Translations under genes and position numbers: made by a program | Notes under the pieces: generated by a model | Told to the model about the DNA's origin: nothing | Databases searched by the model: none | Seen by the model: the letters and a program-made list of their open reading frames with translations, nothing else | In this document: in pieces, positions 37,115 through 47,469 of the stretch | Position numbering within the stretch: position 1 is the stretch's first letter | Layout of the letters: the number at the start of each line of letters is the position of its first letter | Assembly: GCA_002816455.1 (NCBI GenBank) | Contig: MUCR01000019.1 | Coordinates: forward strand, 107-64,106 | Direction: 5' to 3' | From: SAR202 cluster bacterium Io17-Chloro-G4 | GTDB lineage: Bacteria > Chloroflexota > Dehalococcoidia > Lucifugimonadales > UBA3495 | DNA length: 64,000 nt

Positions 37115-37327
37115 GATTTTTCCGCCCTCGCAAGTTGTTTGGCTAAGCTTCCCAGCCTTATGTTATGTTCACTACCCGAATTTTCGTTGACTATATTAAC
37201 TCAACATTGACGGCGAGGAAATAGGTCAAGGAAATTAGGACCAACGCTTGCGGCGCATCGAAGGCTACTCGATAATGGGGCGATAAAACTCAGGCGGTTG
37301 GCCGCCTGCGCAAAGTCAGGAGGAAAA

Positions 37328-38260
37328 ATGAAAGTAGGATTCATTGGGTTAGGCACAATGGGCGGCAGCATGGCCTACAACGCCCTGCAAGGCGGACACG
37401 AACTAGTGGTCCACGACATTCGGCGGGAGTCGGCAACGCGCCACCTAGAAGCGGGCGCCGTATGGGCCGACACTCCAAGAGAAGTGGCCGAGGCCAGCGA
37501 CATTGTCCTCACGTCTTTGCCCGGACCCGTCGAGGTGGAGGCCGTAGTTTTGGGGGAAGACGGCATTGGACAAGGCCTGACTGCCGGCAAGGTGTATTTG
37601 GACCTAAGCACCAGCACTCCTGGGCTAATCCGGAAGATTCACCAAGAACTCGGCGCAAGGGGTATAGACGTTCTCGACGCCCCGGTTAGCGGCGGGCCAA
37701 AGGGCGCTGCATCCCGAAATCTAGCCATCTGGGTTGGCGGCGACAAAGCGGTTTTTGAACGCTGCAAACCGGTGCTGGATGCCATAGGAGACAAGGCTTA
37801 TTACGTGGGCGAAGTTGGAAGCGGCTCTATTGCCAAACTGGTGCATAACTGCGCTGGTTACGTGATCCAGGCGGCCTTAGGCGAAGTATTTACCATGGGC
37901 GTGAAAGCTGGGGTAGAGCCATTGGCCCTGTGGCAGGCGGTACGAAAGGGCGCCACGGGTCGCAGGGGCCCTTTTGAAGGATTGGCAGAGCATCTGCTGC
38001 CGGGCAAATTTGACCCGCCAGATTTCGCTCTGCGCTTGGCCCGAAAAGACGTAGACCTGGCTGTGGCAGTGGGCCGGGAATTCGATGTTCCCATGCGCTT
38101 GGCCAACCTGACCCTGATGGAGATGACAGAAGCCTTAAACAGGGGCTGGGGAGACAGAGACTCCCGAGTGGCCATGCTCCTTCAGGAGGAAAGAGCCGGA
38201 GTGGAAGTCAGGGTCGACCCGGAAGTCCTGGCGAAAGTGTTGGAGGAGGAACAAGGATAA
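37328..38260 (+). CDS. 3-hydroxyisobutyrate dehydrogenase family NAD(P)-dependent oxidoreductase
   Basis: GFIGLGTMG, LDAPVSGG, AKLVHN, FALRLARKD. Confidence 0.92.
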   Translation: MKVGFIGLGTMGGSMAYNALQGGHELVVHDIRRESATRHLEAGAVWADTPREVAEASDIVLTSLPGPVEVEAVVLGEDGIGQGLTAGKVYLDLSTSTPGLIRKIHQELGARGIDVLDAPVSGGPKGAASRNLAIWVGGDKAVFERCKPVLDAIGDKAYYVGEVGSGSIAKLVHNCAGYVIQAALGEVFTMGVKAGVEPLALWQAVRKGATGRRGPFEGLAEHLLPGKFDPPDFALRLARKDVDLAVAVGREFDVPMRLANLTLMEMTEALNRGWGDRDSRVAMLLQEERAGVEVRVDPEVLAKVLEEEQG

Positions 38261-38264
38261 AAGT

Positions 38265-38300
38265 TTGGGGAACCCTTTCTAACAAGAAGAGGTTCCCCAA
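38265..38300. terminator. Hairpin between convergent genes
   Basis: ttggggaacc-ctttct-aaca-agaaga-ggttccccaa. Confidence 0.65.
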
Positions 38301-38305
38301 GAGGC

Positions 38306-39799
38306 TCAGCTTGTCTGCCGCTTCCACCTCAAGTCCGGCTGGCGGGCGGCTGTGGCCTCGTCTAACCGCGAAACCGGGGTGGTGTGTGGCGCATGGCGCA
38401 CCAAATCAGGGTTTTCTGTGACCTCCCGATCAATGTCCCGCATCGCTTGGATAAACGAGTCCAGCGTCTCCAAGGTTTCCGACTCGGTGGGCTCGATCAT
38501 CAAGGCCTCAGGGACGATCATGGGGAAATATAGCGTCGGGGAGTGGAACCCATAGTCCAAAAGCCGCTTGGCTATCTCCAGACCGCTGACGCCCCTGCTT
38601 TTTTGCCAATCCGCCGAAAAAACCGCCTCGTGCATGCAGGTACGGTCGTAGGGCAGATGGTAGGCGTCTTTAAGCCCCTGCATAACATAGTTGGCGTTTA
38701 GCACGGCGTTGCCGCTGATTTCCCGCATCCCATCGGCGCCCAGCGTGCGAATGTAGGTGTAGGCCCGGACTAAAACGCCAAAGTTGCCGTGGAACCCGCT
38801 CATCTTGCCAATAGTATTTTCCGGCTCTGCTAGTGCGTAGGTCGTGTTATCGTCGGTCCCACCGTTGTTACCGGGGATATCGCTAACGACCACCGGCGCA
38901 GGCAGGAAAGGGGCCAGGGTGTCTCCGACACATACGGGCCCGGCCCCCGGGCCGCCGCCGCCGTGTGGTGTGCTGAACGTCTTGTGCAAGTTCAGATGGG
39001 CAACATCGAAACCCAATTCTCCCAGCTTTACCCGACCCAGCAAGGCGTTCATGTTGGCGCCGTCGCCGTACACCAGCCCACCGGCTTCATGCACCACAGC
39101 GCACACGTCCACGATATTGGTGTCAAAAAGGCCTAGAGTGCTGGGCAAGGTGATCATTACGCCTGCCAAATCCGGCCCGGCAACCTCTTGCAAAGCCTCC
39201 ATGTCCACGTTGCCGTTCTCGTCCGATGCTAACTCGACGACCTCAAATCCGGCCATAGCGGCGGAGGCTGGATTGGTGCCGTGGGCGCTATCGGGGATGG
39301 CCACCTTGCGGCGAGCAGTATCGCCCTTGGCTAGGTGGTAAGCCCGGATCATCAGCATTCCGGCGAACTCGCCGTGGGCGCCAGCCAAAGTGGCTAAACT
39401 GACGGCGTTTAGACCAGTAATCTCACCGAGAAACCCCTGCAACCTGTATAGGAGTTCCAAAGCTCCCTGGGACTGTTCGGCGGGTTGCAACGGATGAATC
39501 CCGGCGAAGCCGGGCAAAAAGGCCACTTCGTCGTTAATCTTGGGGTTGTACTTCATCGTGCAACTACCCAGGGGGTAGAAGTTGGTGTCGATGGAAAAGT
39601 TGAGCTGGCTCAGAGCGGTGAAGTAATTGACCACTTCGGGCTCGGACACCTCCGGTAGGTCCAACTCGGCCCGCAGCAGGGACCCGTCAGGCAACTGTTG
39701 AAAGGGCACGTCGCTTTCGGGTAAGACCACGCCCACCCGACCGGGCACGCTTTGGTCCATGAGCAAACGGGAGGTATCTCGCGTCGGTCTATTCGCCAT
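38306..39799 (-). CDS. gcvPB: Glycine dehydrogenase (decarboxylating) subunit 2
   Basis: YPLGSCTMKYNPK, SAHGTNPASA, HLNLHKTFSTPHGGGGPG, IEPTESE. Confidence 0.97.
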   Translation of the reverse strand: MANRPTRDTSRLLMDQSVPGRVGVVLPESDVPFQQLPDGSLLRAELDLPEVSEPEVVNYFTALSQLNFSIDTNFYPLGSCTMKYNPKINDEVAFLPGFAGIHPLQPAEQSQGALELLYRLQGFLGEITGLNAVSLATLAGAHGEFAGMLMIRAYHLAKGDTARRKVAIPDSAHGTNPASAAMAGFEVVELASDENGNVDMEALQEVAGPDLAGVMITLPSTLGLFDTNIVDVCAVVHEAGGLVYGDGANMNALLGRVKLGELGFDVAHLNLHKTFSTPHGGGGPGAGPVCVGDTLAPFLPAPVVVSDIPGNNGGTDDNTTYALAEPENTIGKMSGFHGNFGVLVRAYTYIRTLGADGMREISGNAVLNANYVMQGLKDAYHLPYDRTCMHEAVFSADWQKSRGVSGLEIAKRLLDYGFHSPTLYFPMIVPEALMIEPTESETLETLDSFIQAMRDIDREVTENPDLVRHAPHTTPVSRLDEATAARQPDLRWKRQTS

Positions 39800-41196
39800 T
39801 ATGAAACTTCCGACAACGCCGACACCAAGGCGTCAATATTGTCCCGGGAGTTCATCTCGGTCACACAAAGCAGCAAGCCACTGGGGATCTTGTCGCTCAC
39901 GTCCAGACCGCCCAAGATACCGCGTTCCAGCAACCTGCGGTTGACCTCCACCGGCGACGTCGGGCACTTCACAAGGAACTCTTGGAAGAATGTGCCATTG
40001 ATGGCCAAGGAATAGCCAGGTAGTTCAGCAATCTTGGCGGCGGCGTAGTGGGCCTTTTGGTAGCATAACTCCGCTACCTGCCGCATCCCTTGTTTCCCCA
40101 TGGCCGCCAAGTAAACCGTGGCCGCCAGGGCATAAAGAGCTTCGTTGGTACAGATATTGCTGGTGGCCCGCTCCCGGCGTATGTGCTGCTCTCGAGTTTG
40201 CAAAGTCAGCACGTATCCGGTGTTCCCGTTGCTGTCAACAGTGCGCCCGGAAAGGCGGCTGGGCATTTGCCGTATGTACTCTTCTTTGGTGGCGAAAAGT
40301 CCCACGTATGGTCCGCCGAAACTGGCCGGAATCCCCAGCGGCTGTCCTTCGGCGGTAACGATGTCTACCCCAAAATGGCCGGGCGGATTGAACATTCCCA
40401 ACGCGGTAGTGTCGGTTGATACGACAATAAGGGCGCCGTGGTCGTGGGCTGTCTCTGATTGTGCGCCCAAGTCCTCAATATATCCGAAGAAGTTGGGGTA
40501 CTGGACCACGAGACAGGCCGCTTCATCGTCAATGTTTAAGTATTCCGGCGACGCAGTTGTGGTTTCGATCCCTTGAGCCTGGCAGTAGGTGCGAATCACC
40601 TGCTCGTAGGCGGGGGAAAGAGTCTGGGAAAGGACTACTTTGTTGCGCTTGGTCACCCGGCAGGCCATCAGCGCACCCTCGGCCAAGGCGGTGGCGTTGT
40701 CGTACATCCCTGCGTTGGCGACTTCCATGCCAAACAGGTTGCAGACCAGGGACTGGAACTCGAAAATGACTTGTAAAGTACCCTGGCTGGCCTCGGCTTG
40801 GTAAGGAGTGTAAGCCGTTAGAAACTCTCCCCGGGTCACTAAGGCTTTGACGATGGCAGGAATAAAATGATGGTAAGACCCTGCGCCCAAAAATGAAGGC
40901 CCGGAATTTAAGGAGCGGTTTCGGGAGGCCAGAGCAGTCAATTCCTGCTGGATTTCCAGCTCAGAGAGAGGGCCAGGCAGGTTTAAAGATGGGTTGCGGA
41001 AGGATTCGGGAATATCATGGAACAACTCGTCAATCGAGCTTAGCCCAATGGCCGAGAGTACTTTCTTTTGCTCGTCCAGAGTGTTGGGGATGTAGTGAGA
41101 CTGGAAGTGAGCTTTCCCGGTCACAGTCAGACCGGATCCACTCGTGCCGGTTTCACTTTGGCCGGTCTGTGGGTGAAGTTGGCGTGAAATGGTCAC
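39799..41196 (-). CDS. gcvPA: Glycine dehydrogenase (decarboxylating) subunit 1
   Basis: FLGAGSY, TAYTPYQAEASQG, LQTREQHIRRERATSNICTN. Confidence 0.97.
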   Translation of the reverse strand: MTISRQLHPQTGQSETGTSGSGLTVTGKAHFQSHYIPNTLDEQKKVLSAIGLSSIDELFHDIPESFRNPSLNLPGPLSELEIQQELTALASRNRSLNSGPSFLGAGSYHHFIPAIVKALVTRGEFLTAYTPYQAEASQGTLQVIFEFQSLVCNLFGMEVANAGMYDNATALAEGALMACRVTKRNKVVLSQTLSPAYEQVIRTYCQAQGIETTTASPEYLNIDDEAACLVVQYPNFFGYIEDLGAQSETAHDHGALIVVSTDTTALGMFNPPGHFGVDIVTAEGQPLGIPASFGGPYVGLFATKEEYIRQMPSRLSGRTVDSNGNTGYVLTLQTREQHIRRERATSNICTNEALYALAATVYLAAMGKQGMRQVAELCYQKAHYAAAKIAELPGYSLAINGTFFQEFLVKCPTSPVEVNRRLLERGILGGLDVSDKIPSGLLLCVTEMNSRDNIDALVSALSEVS

Positions 41197-41585
41197 GACA
41201 AACCGCTGGTGAACGCCTCATACTCCTCGGCGGTCATGAGGTTATCAATCTCCGAGGCGTCGCTCATGGCCACCCGGATCAGCCAGCCCTCGCCAAACGG
41301 ATCCTGGTTGGCGATCTCAGGATGATCCAATAAACGCTCGTTGATTTCTATTACTTCACCGCTTACGGGAGAAAACAGGTCGGAAACGGATTTTACGGAT
41401 TCGATCTCGCCCATTTTCCCCATAAACTTCACCGCTGCGCCGAGCTTGGGCAATTCAACGAAAACGACGTCGCCCAACTGGTCTTGAGCGTAATGGGTGA
41501 TGCCTGCGGTCGCCTTCCCTGCCGCAGCGTCATCTACCAAGACCCATTCGTGTTCTTTGCTGTATCTCCGGTCATTGGGATTCAA
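41193..41585 (-). CDS. gcvH: Glycine cleavage system H protein
   Basis: YSKEHEW, GITHYAQDQLGDVV, lipoyl-Lys motif IESVKSVSD. Confidence 0.97.
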   Translation of the reverse strand: MNPNDRRYSKEHEWVLVDDAAAGKATAGITHYAQDQLGDVVFVELPKLGAAVKFMGKMGEIESVKSVSDLFSPVSGEVIEINERLLDHPEIANQDPFGEGWLIRVAMSDASEIDNLMTAEEYEAFTSGLS

Positions 41586-41713
41586 TTTGCTCCGTACCTC
41601 CTGTCCCTTTCGGCTTGCCCAGCCTGCCTGGATTTATTCCAGTTCCGAGGCGATCCTTACCCGGTGGTTCACATAACCTAACGATTTTTACCCTAATTGT
41701 CGTAGAGATGGGT

Positions 41714-42832
41714 TTATTTAGCTCGGGTATAAAAGGGCAGAGGCACCACTTCCCCTTGGATGACTCGTCCTCTTATGTCGATGGCCAATGTCTGGCCGGG
41801 TGTGGCGTAACGCTCCAAAACGTAGCCCATGGCGATGCTGGTGTCAAGGGTGGGAGAATAGCTGCCGCTGGTGACCCGGCCGACCTCTTCTACTTGGACT
41901 CGGCCCTCGCCTAATATTGCATATCCCTCTCTAGGAGCGCTGCGGCCCGAAATGGTCAAGCCCACGAGGGTTCGCTGGACGCCTTCCTCCCGCTGCTGGC
42001 GCAGGACCTGCGCGCCGACGTATTCTTTGTCAAAACGGACAAAACGTTGCAGTCCGGCCTCAATTGGACTGGTTTCTTCGTCAATCTCATGCCCGTGAAG
42101 AGGGAAGCCGGCTTCCAACCGAAGCACATCTCTGGCGCCCAGGCCGCAGGGCAACGCGCCGCCGTCCACTAAGGCTTCCCACACGGAAACGGCATTAGAA
42201 GCTGGCACAACCAATTCGAACCCGTCTTCCCCGGTATAGCCGGTACGACCCACAAAGAACTTTTTCCCTTTTAGAAGGCCCTCTCCCCAAGAAAATGGGC
42301 GGAGGCTGGAAGTCGGGGAGCCGTCACTTAACCGGCCTAACCGGTCGACTAGCTTCGCTGCCTGAGGCCCTTGGACCGCAATCAAGGCCGTGTCCATGGT
42401 ACGGTCGCCAATCTCGCAACCGCTGGGAAATTTTTCCGCTAGCCAACGTTGGAACCAGGTGACTACAGTATTCCGGTTGCCTGCATTGGGAATTAACAGA
42501 TAGCGGTCTTGCTCCAGACGATAGAAAATCGTGTCGTCGATGACGCCGCCGGTTTCGTTGCAGATGAAGCAGTACCGGGCCCGGCCCACTGCCAAGCTAT
42601 GCGCCGACCCTGTGAGCACCCAGTCCAAGAACTCGGTGGCTTTGGGCCCGGTTATATAGAGGCGGCCCATGTGGGAAACATCGAAAATGCCGACTGCCGT
42701 CCGAACAGCGTTAATTTCCGCCAGCACGCCTGAATACTGCACCGGCATATCCCAGCCGCCAAAGGGGACGGTGCGAGCGCCCATGGCCAGGTGTGTGGTG
42801 TATAGGGATGTTTTTAGGAGGTCCTGAGCCAA
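41714..42832 (-). CDS. gcvT: Glycine cleavage system aminomethyltransferase T
   Basis: [41 protein letters not shown]; TTG start at 42832 inferred. Confidence 0.96.
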   Translation of the reverse strand: MAQDLLKTSLYTTHLAMGARTVPFGGWDMPVQYSGVLAEINAVRTAVGIFDVSHMGRLYITGPKATEFLDWVLTGSAHSLAVGRARYCFICNETGGVIDDTIFYRLEQDRYLLIPNAGNRNTVVTWFQRWLAEKFPSGCEIGDRTMDTALIAVQGPQAAKLVDRLGRLSDGSPTSSLRPFSWGEGLLKGKKFFVGRTGYTGEDGFELVVPASNAVSVWEALVDGGALPCGLGARDVLRLEAGFPLHGHEIDEETSPIEAGLQRFVRFDKEYVGAQVLRQQREEGVQRTLVGLTISGRSAPREGYAILGEGRVQVEEVGRVTSGSYSPTLDTSIAMGYVLERYATPGQTLAIDIRGRVIQGEVVPLPFYTRAK

Positions 42833-42878
42833 AACTGCCCCTTTCGGAAATGCCTGGAACGGCGGTGGCGGGTGCGAC

Positions 42879-42952
42879 GGCTGCCGGAAACGCGGATTGG
42901 ATGATAACTCTAGCCCAGTCTCGGCGCAAGGGGAAAACATTTTCGGGCAGCC
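42879..42952 (-). promoter_or_regulatory. gcv promoter bracketed by a 12-bp inverted repeat
   Basis: Minus strand TTGCGC-N17-TATCAT (42929-42901); arms ggctgccggaaa (42879-90) and tttcgggcagcc (42941-52). Confidence 0.5.
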
Positions 42953-42956
42953 TCTC

Positions 42957-43108
42957 CCGTTCGTGATGAGCCATGCGGCTCCGCTTAGGATAAGCTTGTC
43001 TAAACACCGTTGTGCGCCCGACCTAAGTGATGACAGTGATGGAGATCCTTCGACAGGCTCAGGACGAACGGACGCCGCCACCCCGTTGGTGGTGAGCTTG
43101 TCGAACCA
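42957..43108. repeat. Palindromic repeat family B cluster
   Basis: tccttcgacaggctcaggacgaacgg (43046-71) is the reverse complement of 15073-98 with 2 mismatches; cccgttggtggtgagcttgtcgaacca (43082-108). Confidence 0.75.
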
Positions 43109-43287
43109 TCACCAAACCCGTGCTCCAGGTTAGGTTCTTGTTGCAGCATAGGTGACAAACGGATGGTGAACAGCCCATGCGAGGGCGTGTCTCAGGAATG
43201 AAACGGGTTTTTGCTGTGCTATAATCCCGGCGGCTGGCAGGCGTGCGCCGGGCTTGGATTCAAGAAACGGAGCGGGCAGAGGGTGTC

Positions 43288-44052
43288 ATGTCAGGCATGC
43301 TGGAAAATAAGGTGGCTATTGTGACCGGCGGCGGCTCCGGCATTGGCCGGGCCACTTGCCTGCGGTTCTTCCAGGAAGGTGCGAAAGTTGTAGTGGCAGA
43401 CCGCAACATGGCGGGCGCCGAGGAAACATGCCAGTTGATGGAGGGAACAGATCGGGATTGCACCGCTAGATCGGTGGACGTCTCCAAGACCATTCAGATA
43501 GAAAAACTGGTGAGTGACACTGTGGCCAAGTTCGGCAAGCTGGACGTTCTGGTTAATGGAGCAGCTATCCTAATCCGCACTCCGTCCTTGGCTGAGGTCG
43601 ACGAACTGGACTGGGACCTCACCATGGACACCAACATCAAAGGGCTGTTTCTCTGCTGCAAGTACGCCATTCCAGCCATGCTGGCCAGCGGCTCTGGGTC
43701 GATAGTGAACATTGCCTCAATGTCCGGAGTCAGGGGCGCCGCCTACTCGGTGCCATACGCCGTGAGCAAGGCCGGCGTGATCCACTTGAGCAAGGTGGCC
43801 TCGGCCCAGTACGCATCCAAGGGCATTAGGGTTAACAGCATCTCACCCGGCGGAGTAGACACGCCCCAGATGCGGGGCAGCACCGCCAGCGCCGAGGTAT
43901 TTCAGGCGCGAAATGAAGGGCAACCTATGGGACGAGTTGGCACGCCCGATGAAATCGCCAACCTAATTACTTGGCTCTCCTCCGATCAAGCGTCATATGT
44001 CAGTGGGATAAACTACATCATCGACGGTGGCGCATGGGCTGCGGTGGAGTAA
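43288..44052 (+). CDS. SDR family oxidoreductase
   Basis: TGGGSGIG, YAVSK, IRVNSISPG. Confidence 0.93.
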   Translation: MSGMLENKVAIVTGGGSGIGRATCLRFFQEGAKVVVADRNMAGAEETCQLMEGTDRDCTARSVDVSKTIQIEKLVSDTVAKFGKLDVLVNGAAILIRTPSLAEVDELDWDLTMDTNIKGLFLCCKYAIPAMLASGSGSIVNIASMSGVRGAAYSVPYAVSKAGVIHLSKVASAQYASKGIRVNSISPGGVDTPQMRGSTASAEVFQARNEGQPMGRVGTPDEIANLITWLSSDQASYVSGINYIIDGGAWAAVE

Positions 44053-44085
44053 GTATCTAGGCCAAGGACTGTAACACCACCGCCA

Positions 44086-44157
44086 TGTCATTCTGAGGAG
44101 CGTAGCGAAGAAGCTCCGACTCCGTCGCGAGTCCTCGACAGTGTCGGGAAATCTCAT
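44086..44157 (+). repeat. Repeat family C copy (72 bp)
   Basis: tgtcattctgaggagcgtagcgaagaagctccgactccgtcgcgagtcctcgacagtgtcgggaaatctcat; near-identical inverted copy at 49735-49806. Confidence 0.85.
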
Positions 44158-44235
44158 TGACAGGCTGAAAGAGACGTTGGCTTCACCCGGAATTGCGCCG
44201 AGGGCCTGTAATCCGCTCTCCATAGTTGAGGACCT

Positions 44236-44475
44236 ATGCAAAAGCTGATTGACATCGCAAACCGAGCAGTGGCCGACTACGGATTCCGGCAGACTGTCTT
44301 GTACGGCGCCGAAGACATTGCCCAACGGGCCGGGTTTTCCCAGCAGGAACAGGAAATACTTGCGGCCACGGTGCTGGAGTTCTTAGCGGCATTGCCCATT
44401 CCGGTCCAGCCCGATGACATTCCCGGCGAGCAGCAGAGGATGGAGGCGGCGATTAAGGCGGTTGCCCGCGGGTAG
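44236..44475 (+). CDS. Small hypothetical protein, weakly NHLP/Os1348-leader-like
   Basis: GAGGA SD; IANRAVADYGFRQ..GFSQQEQ. Confidence 0.6.
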   Translation: MQKLIDIANRAVADYGFRQTVLYGAEDIAQRAGFSQQEQEILAATVLEFLAALPIPVQPDDIPGEQQRMEAAIKAVARG

Positions 44476-44545
44476 ATAGCTATAGAACCGTGAGCGGCTG
44501 GTATGCTTGGCTCTGAGTGGTGCCGGACGGCGGAAATCCCCCAAA

Positions 44546-44570
44546 CCCCCTTTACGAAAGGGGGCTTTTC
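44546..44570 (+). terminator. Terminator-like hairpin
   Basis: cccccttt-acg-aaaggggg followed by cttttc, between convergent genes. Confidence 0.6.
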
Positions 44571-44592
44571 TTGAGTGAGCTAATTCTGTCCT

Positions 44593-45681
44593 CTACTCGC
44601 TCCGGTAGCCGACCAACTCCACAAAACCCTTGCCGGTGACCGGCGCTCCGTCAACGGCGCCCTCCAGGGATACTGCTCCTTCCCAGTAGCCGGGAGGCCC
44701 GTAGCGGCTCCTAGGGTATTCTGCGCCCAATTGGGCCGGTGTTAGCGTCAGGTCCAACGCCAAAGGCTCCACATTGAGTTCCCAGCCCATGGGATAGGCG
44801 ACGTTGGTTGCCGGGCTGGTCCAAGAACCGGTGGGCTTGAGAATTATATCGCCGTCTTCTAGGTGGCGAACAGCGCCATCCATTGCTATGAATGTCCCGT
44901 AGCTGGTAAACGGTTGACGCCCTTCCGGGTCCCACACCAATACCGCCATCAGCTCCGAACCGTCGTCCAACTGGAGGCTCATCCAGTCCCAGCCCACTTG
45001 CCGGGATACAAACTCGCCCCATTGATGGTCCATCCAGCCTGTGCCAGCCACCGGCCGAGGAATGCCGTCGATGGCCAGCGTTCCAGATACTTCCAAACGG
45101 GGACGAGTGTAATAGAAAGTGTCCCCGGCGGGCCCTAAGTCTACCAACCCGGTCCTTTGGTGAAGGACGGCCGGTTTCAAAGACAGGGCCGAGAGGGTCG
45201 CCGAGTATGGGCCGATATCGAAGGCCAAAGCATATTCTTCGCCGTCCCCCGACATTAGCCAACCGCCGAGGTCCACGTCAAAGCTGCCTGGGGTCGCTTC
45301 AGGAATATCTAAACTCACTTTTTCGCCTGTTAGAAAGACCTGCTTGCGATGGTCACCCCAACTCAATTGCATTAGCTGTCCGGCCTGGCTGATGTCGTTC
45401 CCGTACTGGTTGGAACTAATCTGGAATGTCACAAAGTGAAAGCTGTAATCCCGGTCCGCATCATCAGTCAAGTGGCCGTTGAAGTACCACCACTCGATGC
45501 CTGCCGGGTGTGCCCCTTCATCCGCTGGCAGATTAATAAGCAGGCCTTGCTCAGCATCGGTGCCGCTTCCGCACGCCACTTCCGACAGCAGCAGTAAAAC
45601 CAGCCCGATCCCCATAACCGGAGCCCAAGCGAGACCCGAGGGCAGCATATTACGGATTTTGGACGCTGGATTCACGAACAT
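44593..45681 (-). CDS. Lipocalin-like AttH/CrtC family lipoprotein
   Basis: EWWYFNGHL, YYTRPRL, GWMDHQW, GWDWMSLQLDDG, YWEGAV, GFVELVGY; lipobox EVAC. Confidence 0.88.
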   Translation of the reverse strand: MFVNPASKIRNMLPSGLAWAPVMGIGLVLLLLSEVACGSGTDAEQGLLINLPADEGAHPAGIEWWYFNGHLTDDADRDYSFHFVTFQISSNQYGNDISQAGQLMQLSWGDHRKQVFLTGEKVSLDIPEATPGSFDVDLGGWLMSGDGEEYALAFDIGPYSATLSALSLKPAVLHQRTGLVDLGPAGDTFYYTRPRLEVSGTLAIDGIPRPVAGTGWMDHQWGEFVSRQVGWDWMSLQLDDGSELMAVLVWDPEGRQPFTSYGTFIAMDGAVRHLEDGDIILKPTGSWTSPATNVAYPMGWELNVEPLALDLTLTPAQLGAEYPRSRYGPPGYWEGAVSLEGAVDGAPVTGKGFVELVGYRSE

Positions 45682-45869
45682 ATTCTACAGCAGGGAGTTG
45701 ACTAGCCGGGCCCGTCGCGCCAGCGACTTACGCTTGCAGATACGGAGGTGGAACAGCTCCAGATGCGCCACACAGAGCCTGGGCGTGCAGGGAGCATTGG
45801 CACGAAGTCCGCTGTGATATATTGGGATGCGCCGCATGTGACGGCTAGCGCTTGACGGAGAAGACAACG

Positions 45870-46286
45870 ATGGCTGACATGACCCAGCAGGAAATCGCCG
45901 GATACCTGGCTGAAGCTCACGTGGGTCACTTGGTAACCATACGCCCCAACGGCCGGCCTCAAGTTGCGCCGGTGTGGTTTTTGGAAGATGACGGACAGGC
46001 CTACGTGATGGCCGATGCCAACGCCATGAAAGTGCGGAACGTAAGCCGTAATCCGGCAGTCACCTTGTCCATCGCCACAGACCAAAGGCCCCTTAAGTAC
46101 GTGGTCTTGAACGGCAATGCTCAAGTAGCGGAAGGGGATATCACAAACATGGTCGAGCGAATTTGCGTGCGCTATGACGGTCCGGTCCGGGGAGTCGAAT
46201 ACGCCAAGGAATTGCTGGCGGAAATGCGGATGAAGGTAATCGAGATTCAGGTGACCAGGGTGGTCGGCTGGAAGGACGAAGATTAA
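45870..46286 (+). CDS. PPOX class (probably F420-dependent) oxidoreductase
   Basis: LVTIRPNGRPQVAPVWF, KVRNVSRNPAV. Confidence 0.88.
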   Translation: MADMTQQEIAGYLAEAHVGHLVTIRPNGRPQVAPVWFLEDDGQAYVMADANAMKVRNVSRNPAVTLSIATDQRPLKYVVLNGNAQVAEGDITNMVERICVRYDGPVRGVEYAKELLAEMRMKVIEIQVTRVVGWKDED

Positions 46287-46293
46287 TCGCCGG

Positions 46294-46989
46294 CTATTCG
46301 TTACGCATATTATCCAACGGCGGCAGTACTTCGGTCATCCAAGGAACCAAATCCCGCAATACCTCCCCGCTAATCTCATGGGCCATGACGTACTCGTGGT
46401 ACTCCGGGCTGTAACCAGCCCCTTCCAGAAACGCCTTGGCTTCTTGGGCCGTTTCGGTGGGAATTAACGGGTCGGAGAGACCGTGGGCGATAAATATAGA
46501 CTGGGTACGGGCCTGGGGCAACCGCTCCTCCAATGTCTCTGAGTTGGGAAGCATGGAGCTCAGGGCCACCAACCCGGCAAAGGTCTGGGGGCGGGCCAGG
46601 CCGCAGCGGTAGGTCATACCGCCGCCTTGAGAAAACCCCAGTAATAGAGCATTCGAGGGCCCCACAAAAAATCTTTGTGTCATTTCTTCGAAAAAATCGC
46701 CCAGCAACCGCTCGGCAGTGGCGTATTCTTCCGAAGTAGCTTCTCCTCTGGGAGAAGCCCAGCCATACCCTGCTTGGCCCAAGCCCAAATCAAAAGCGAT
46801 CGGTCCATTAGGGCAGGCGTAAACGTAACCTTTGCTGTTGATGACCGGCGCCAAACCAGCCAAGTCCTGCATGTTTGCCCCGAAGCCGTGGAGCATAATC
46901 ACCAAGGGATAGCGTCGCGCCTCGTCGTATTCATCGGGCAGCAGCGTCAAATACTGTAAGCCCTTCCCTTGATGTTTCTCTGATTGCAT
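46294..46989 (-). CDS. Phospholipase/carboxylesterase (alpha/beta hydrolase)
   Basis: MLHGFGA, GFSQGG, HGLSDP, MAHEI. Confidence 0.9.
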   Translation of the reverse strand: MQSEKHQGKGLQYLTLLPDEYDEARRYPLVIMLHGFGANMQDLAGLAPVINSKGYVYACPNGPIAFDLGLGQAGYGWASPRGEATSEEYATAERLLGDFFEEMTQRFFVGPSNALLLGFSQGGGMTYRCGLARPQTFAGLVALSSMLPNSETLEERLPQARTQSIFIAHGLSDPLIPTETAQEAKAFLEGAGYSPEYHEYVMAHEISGEVLRDLVPWMTEVLPPLDNMRNE

Positions 46990-47104
46990 TGTCGTCGCTC
47001 CTAATTTGTTGCCCCAGGGTAGCCATTCTAACGCTGGCTATTGGAATGTACAATTCGTCGACAGGATATTAATAAGATAGAGCGATAGCCAGCGAGGGAA
47101 CATT

Positions 47105-47443
47105 ATGGCCACAATTTTCCACCTTATTCAGAAAGCGGATTGGGATGCGGCAGTCAGCGCGGGTGAGGTGAGACCGGAAAGCTTAGCTGAAGAGGGCTTT
47201 ATTCACTGTTCCGAGGATGAGCAGCAAGCCTTGGCCGTGGCCAGAAGGCTCTACTCCGGACGAGATGGAATGCTCTTGCTTGAAGTGGACACCGAATTGC
47301 TTAATGCTCCGATAAAGCGCGAACCAAGCCGCTCAGGCCAGATGTATCCCCACATTTACGGCCCGTTAAATGTCAGAGCAGTGACTTTGGTGCGGGCTAT
47401 GGAAGGGGACGCAAGCGGAGGCTTTAGGCTTACAGGGGAGTGA
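47105..47443 (+). CDS. DUF952 domain protein
   Basis: IFHL..W, SLAEEGFIHCS, YPHIYGPLN. Confidence 0.9.
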   Translation: MATIFHLIQKADWDAAVSAGEVRPESLAEEGFIHCSEDEQQALAVARRLYSGRDGMLLLEVDTELLNAPIKREPSRSGQMYPHIYGPLNVRAVTLVRAMEGDASGGFRLTGE

Positions 47444-47469
47444 CGAAGTGCGTTGTGCGGGAACCTAGC

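Noticed and set aside
42833-42970. Glycine riboswitch upstream of gcvT
   Set aside because: GGAGAG and CGCCGA fragments occur, but the GAAGG/CTCTCAGG core is missing and the segment contains a promoter-like -35/-10 pair.
42833-43081. 83-aa N-terminal extension of GcvT in the ORF track
   Set aside because: It runs through family B repeats and the promoter; GcvT similarity begins at about 42832.
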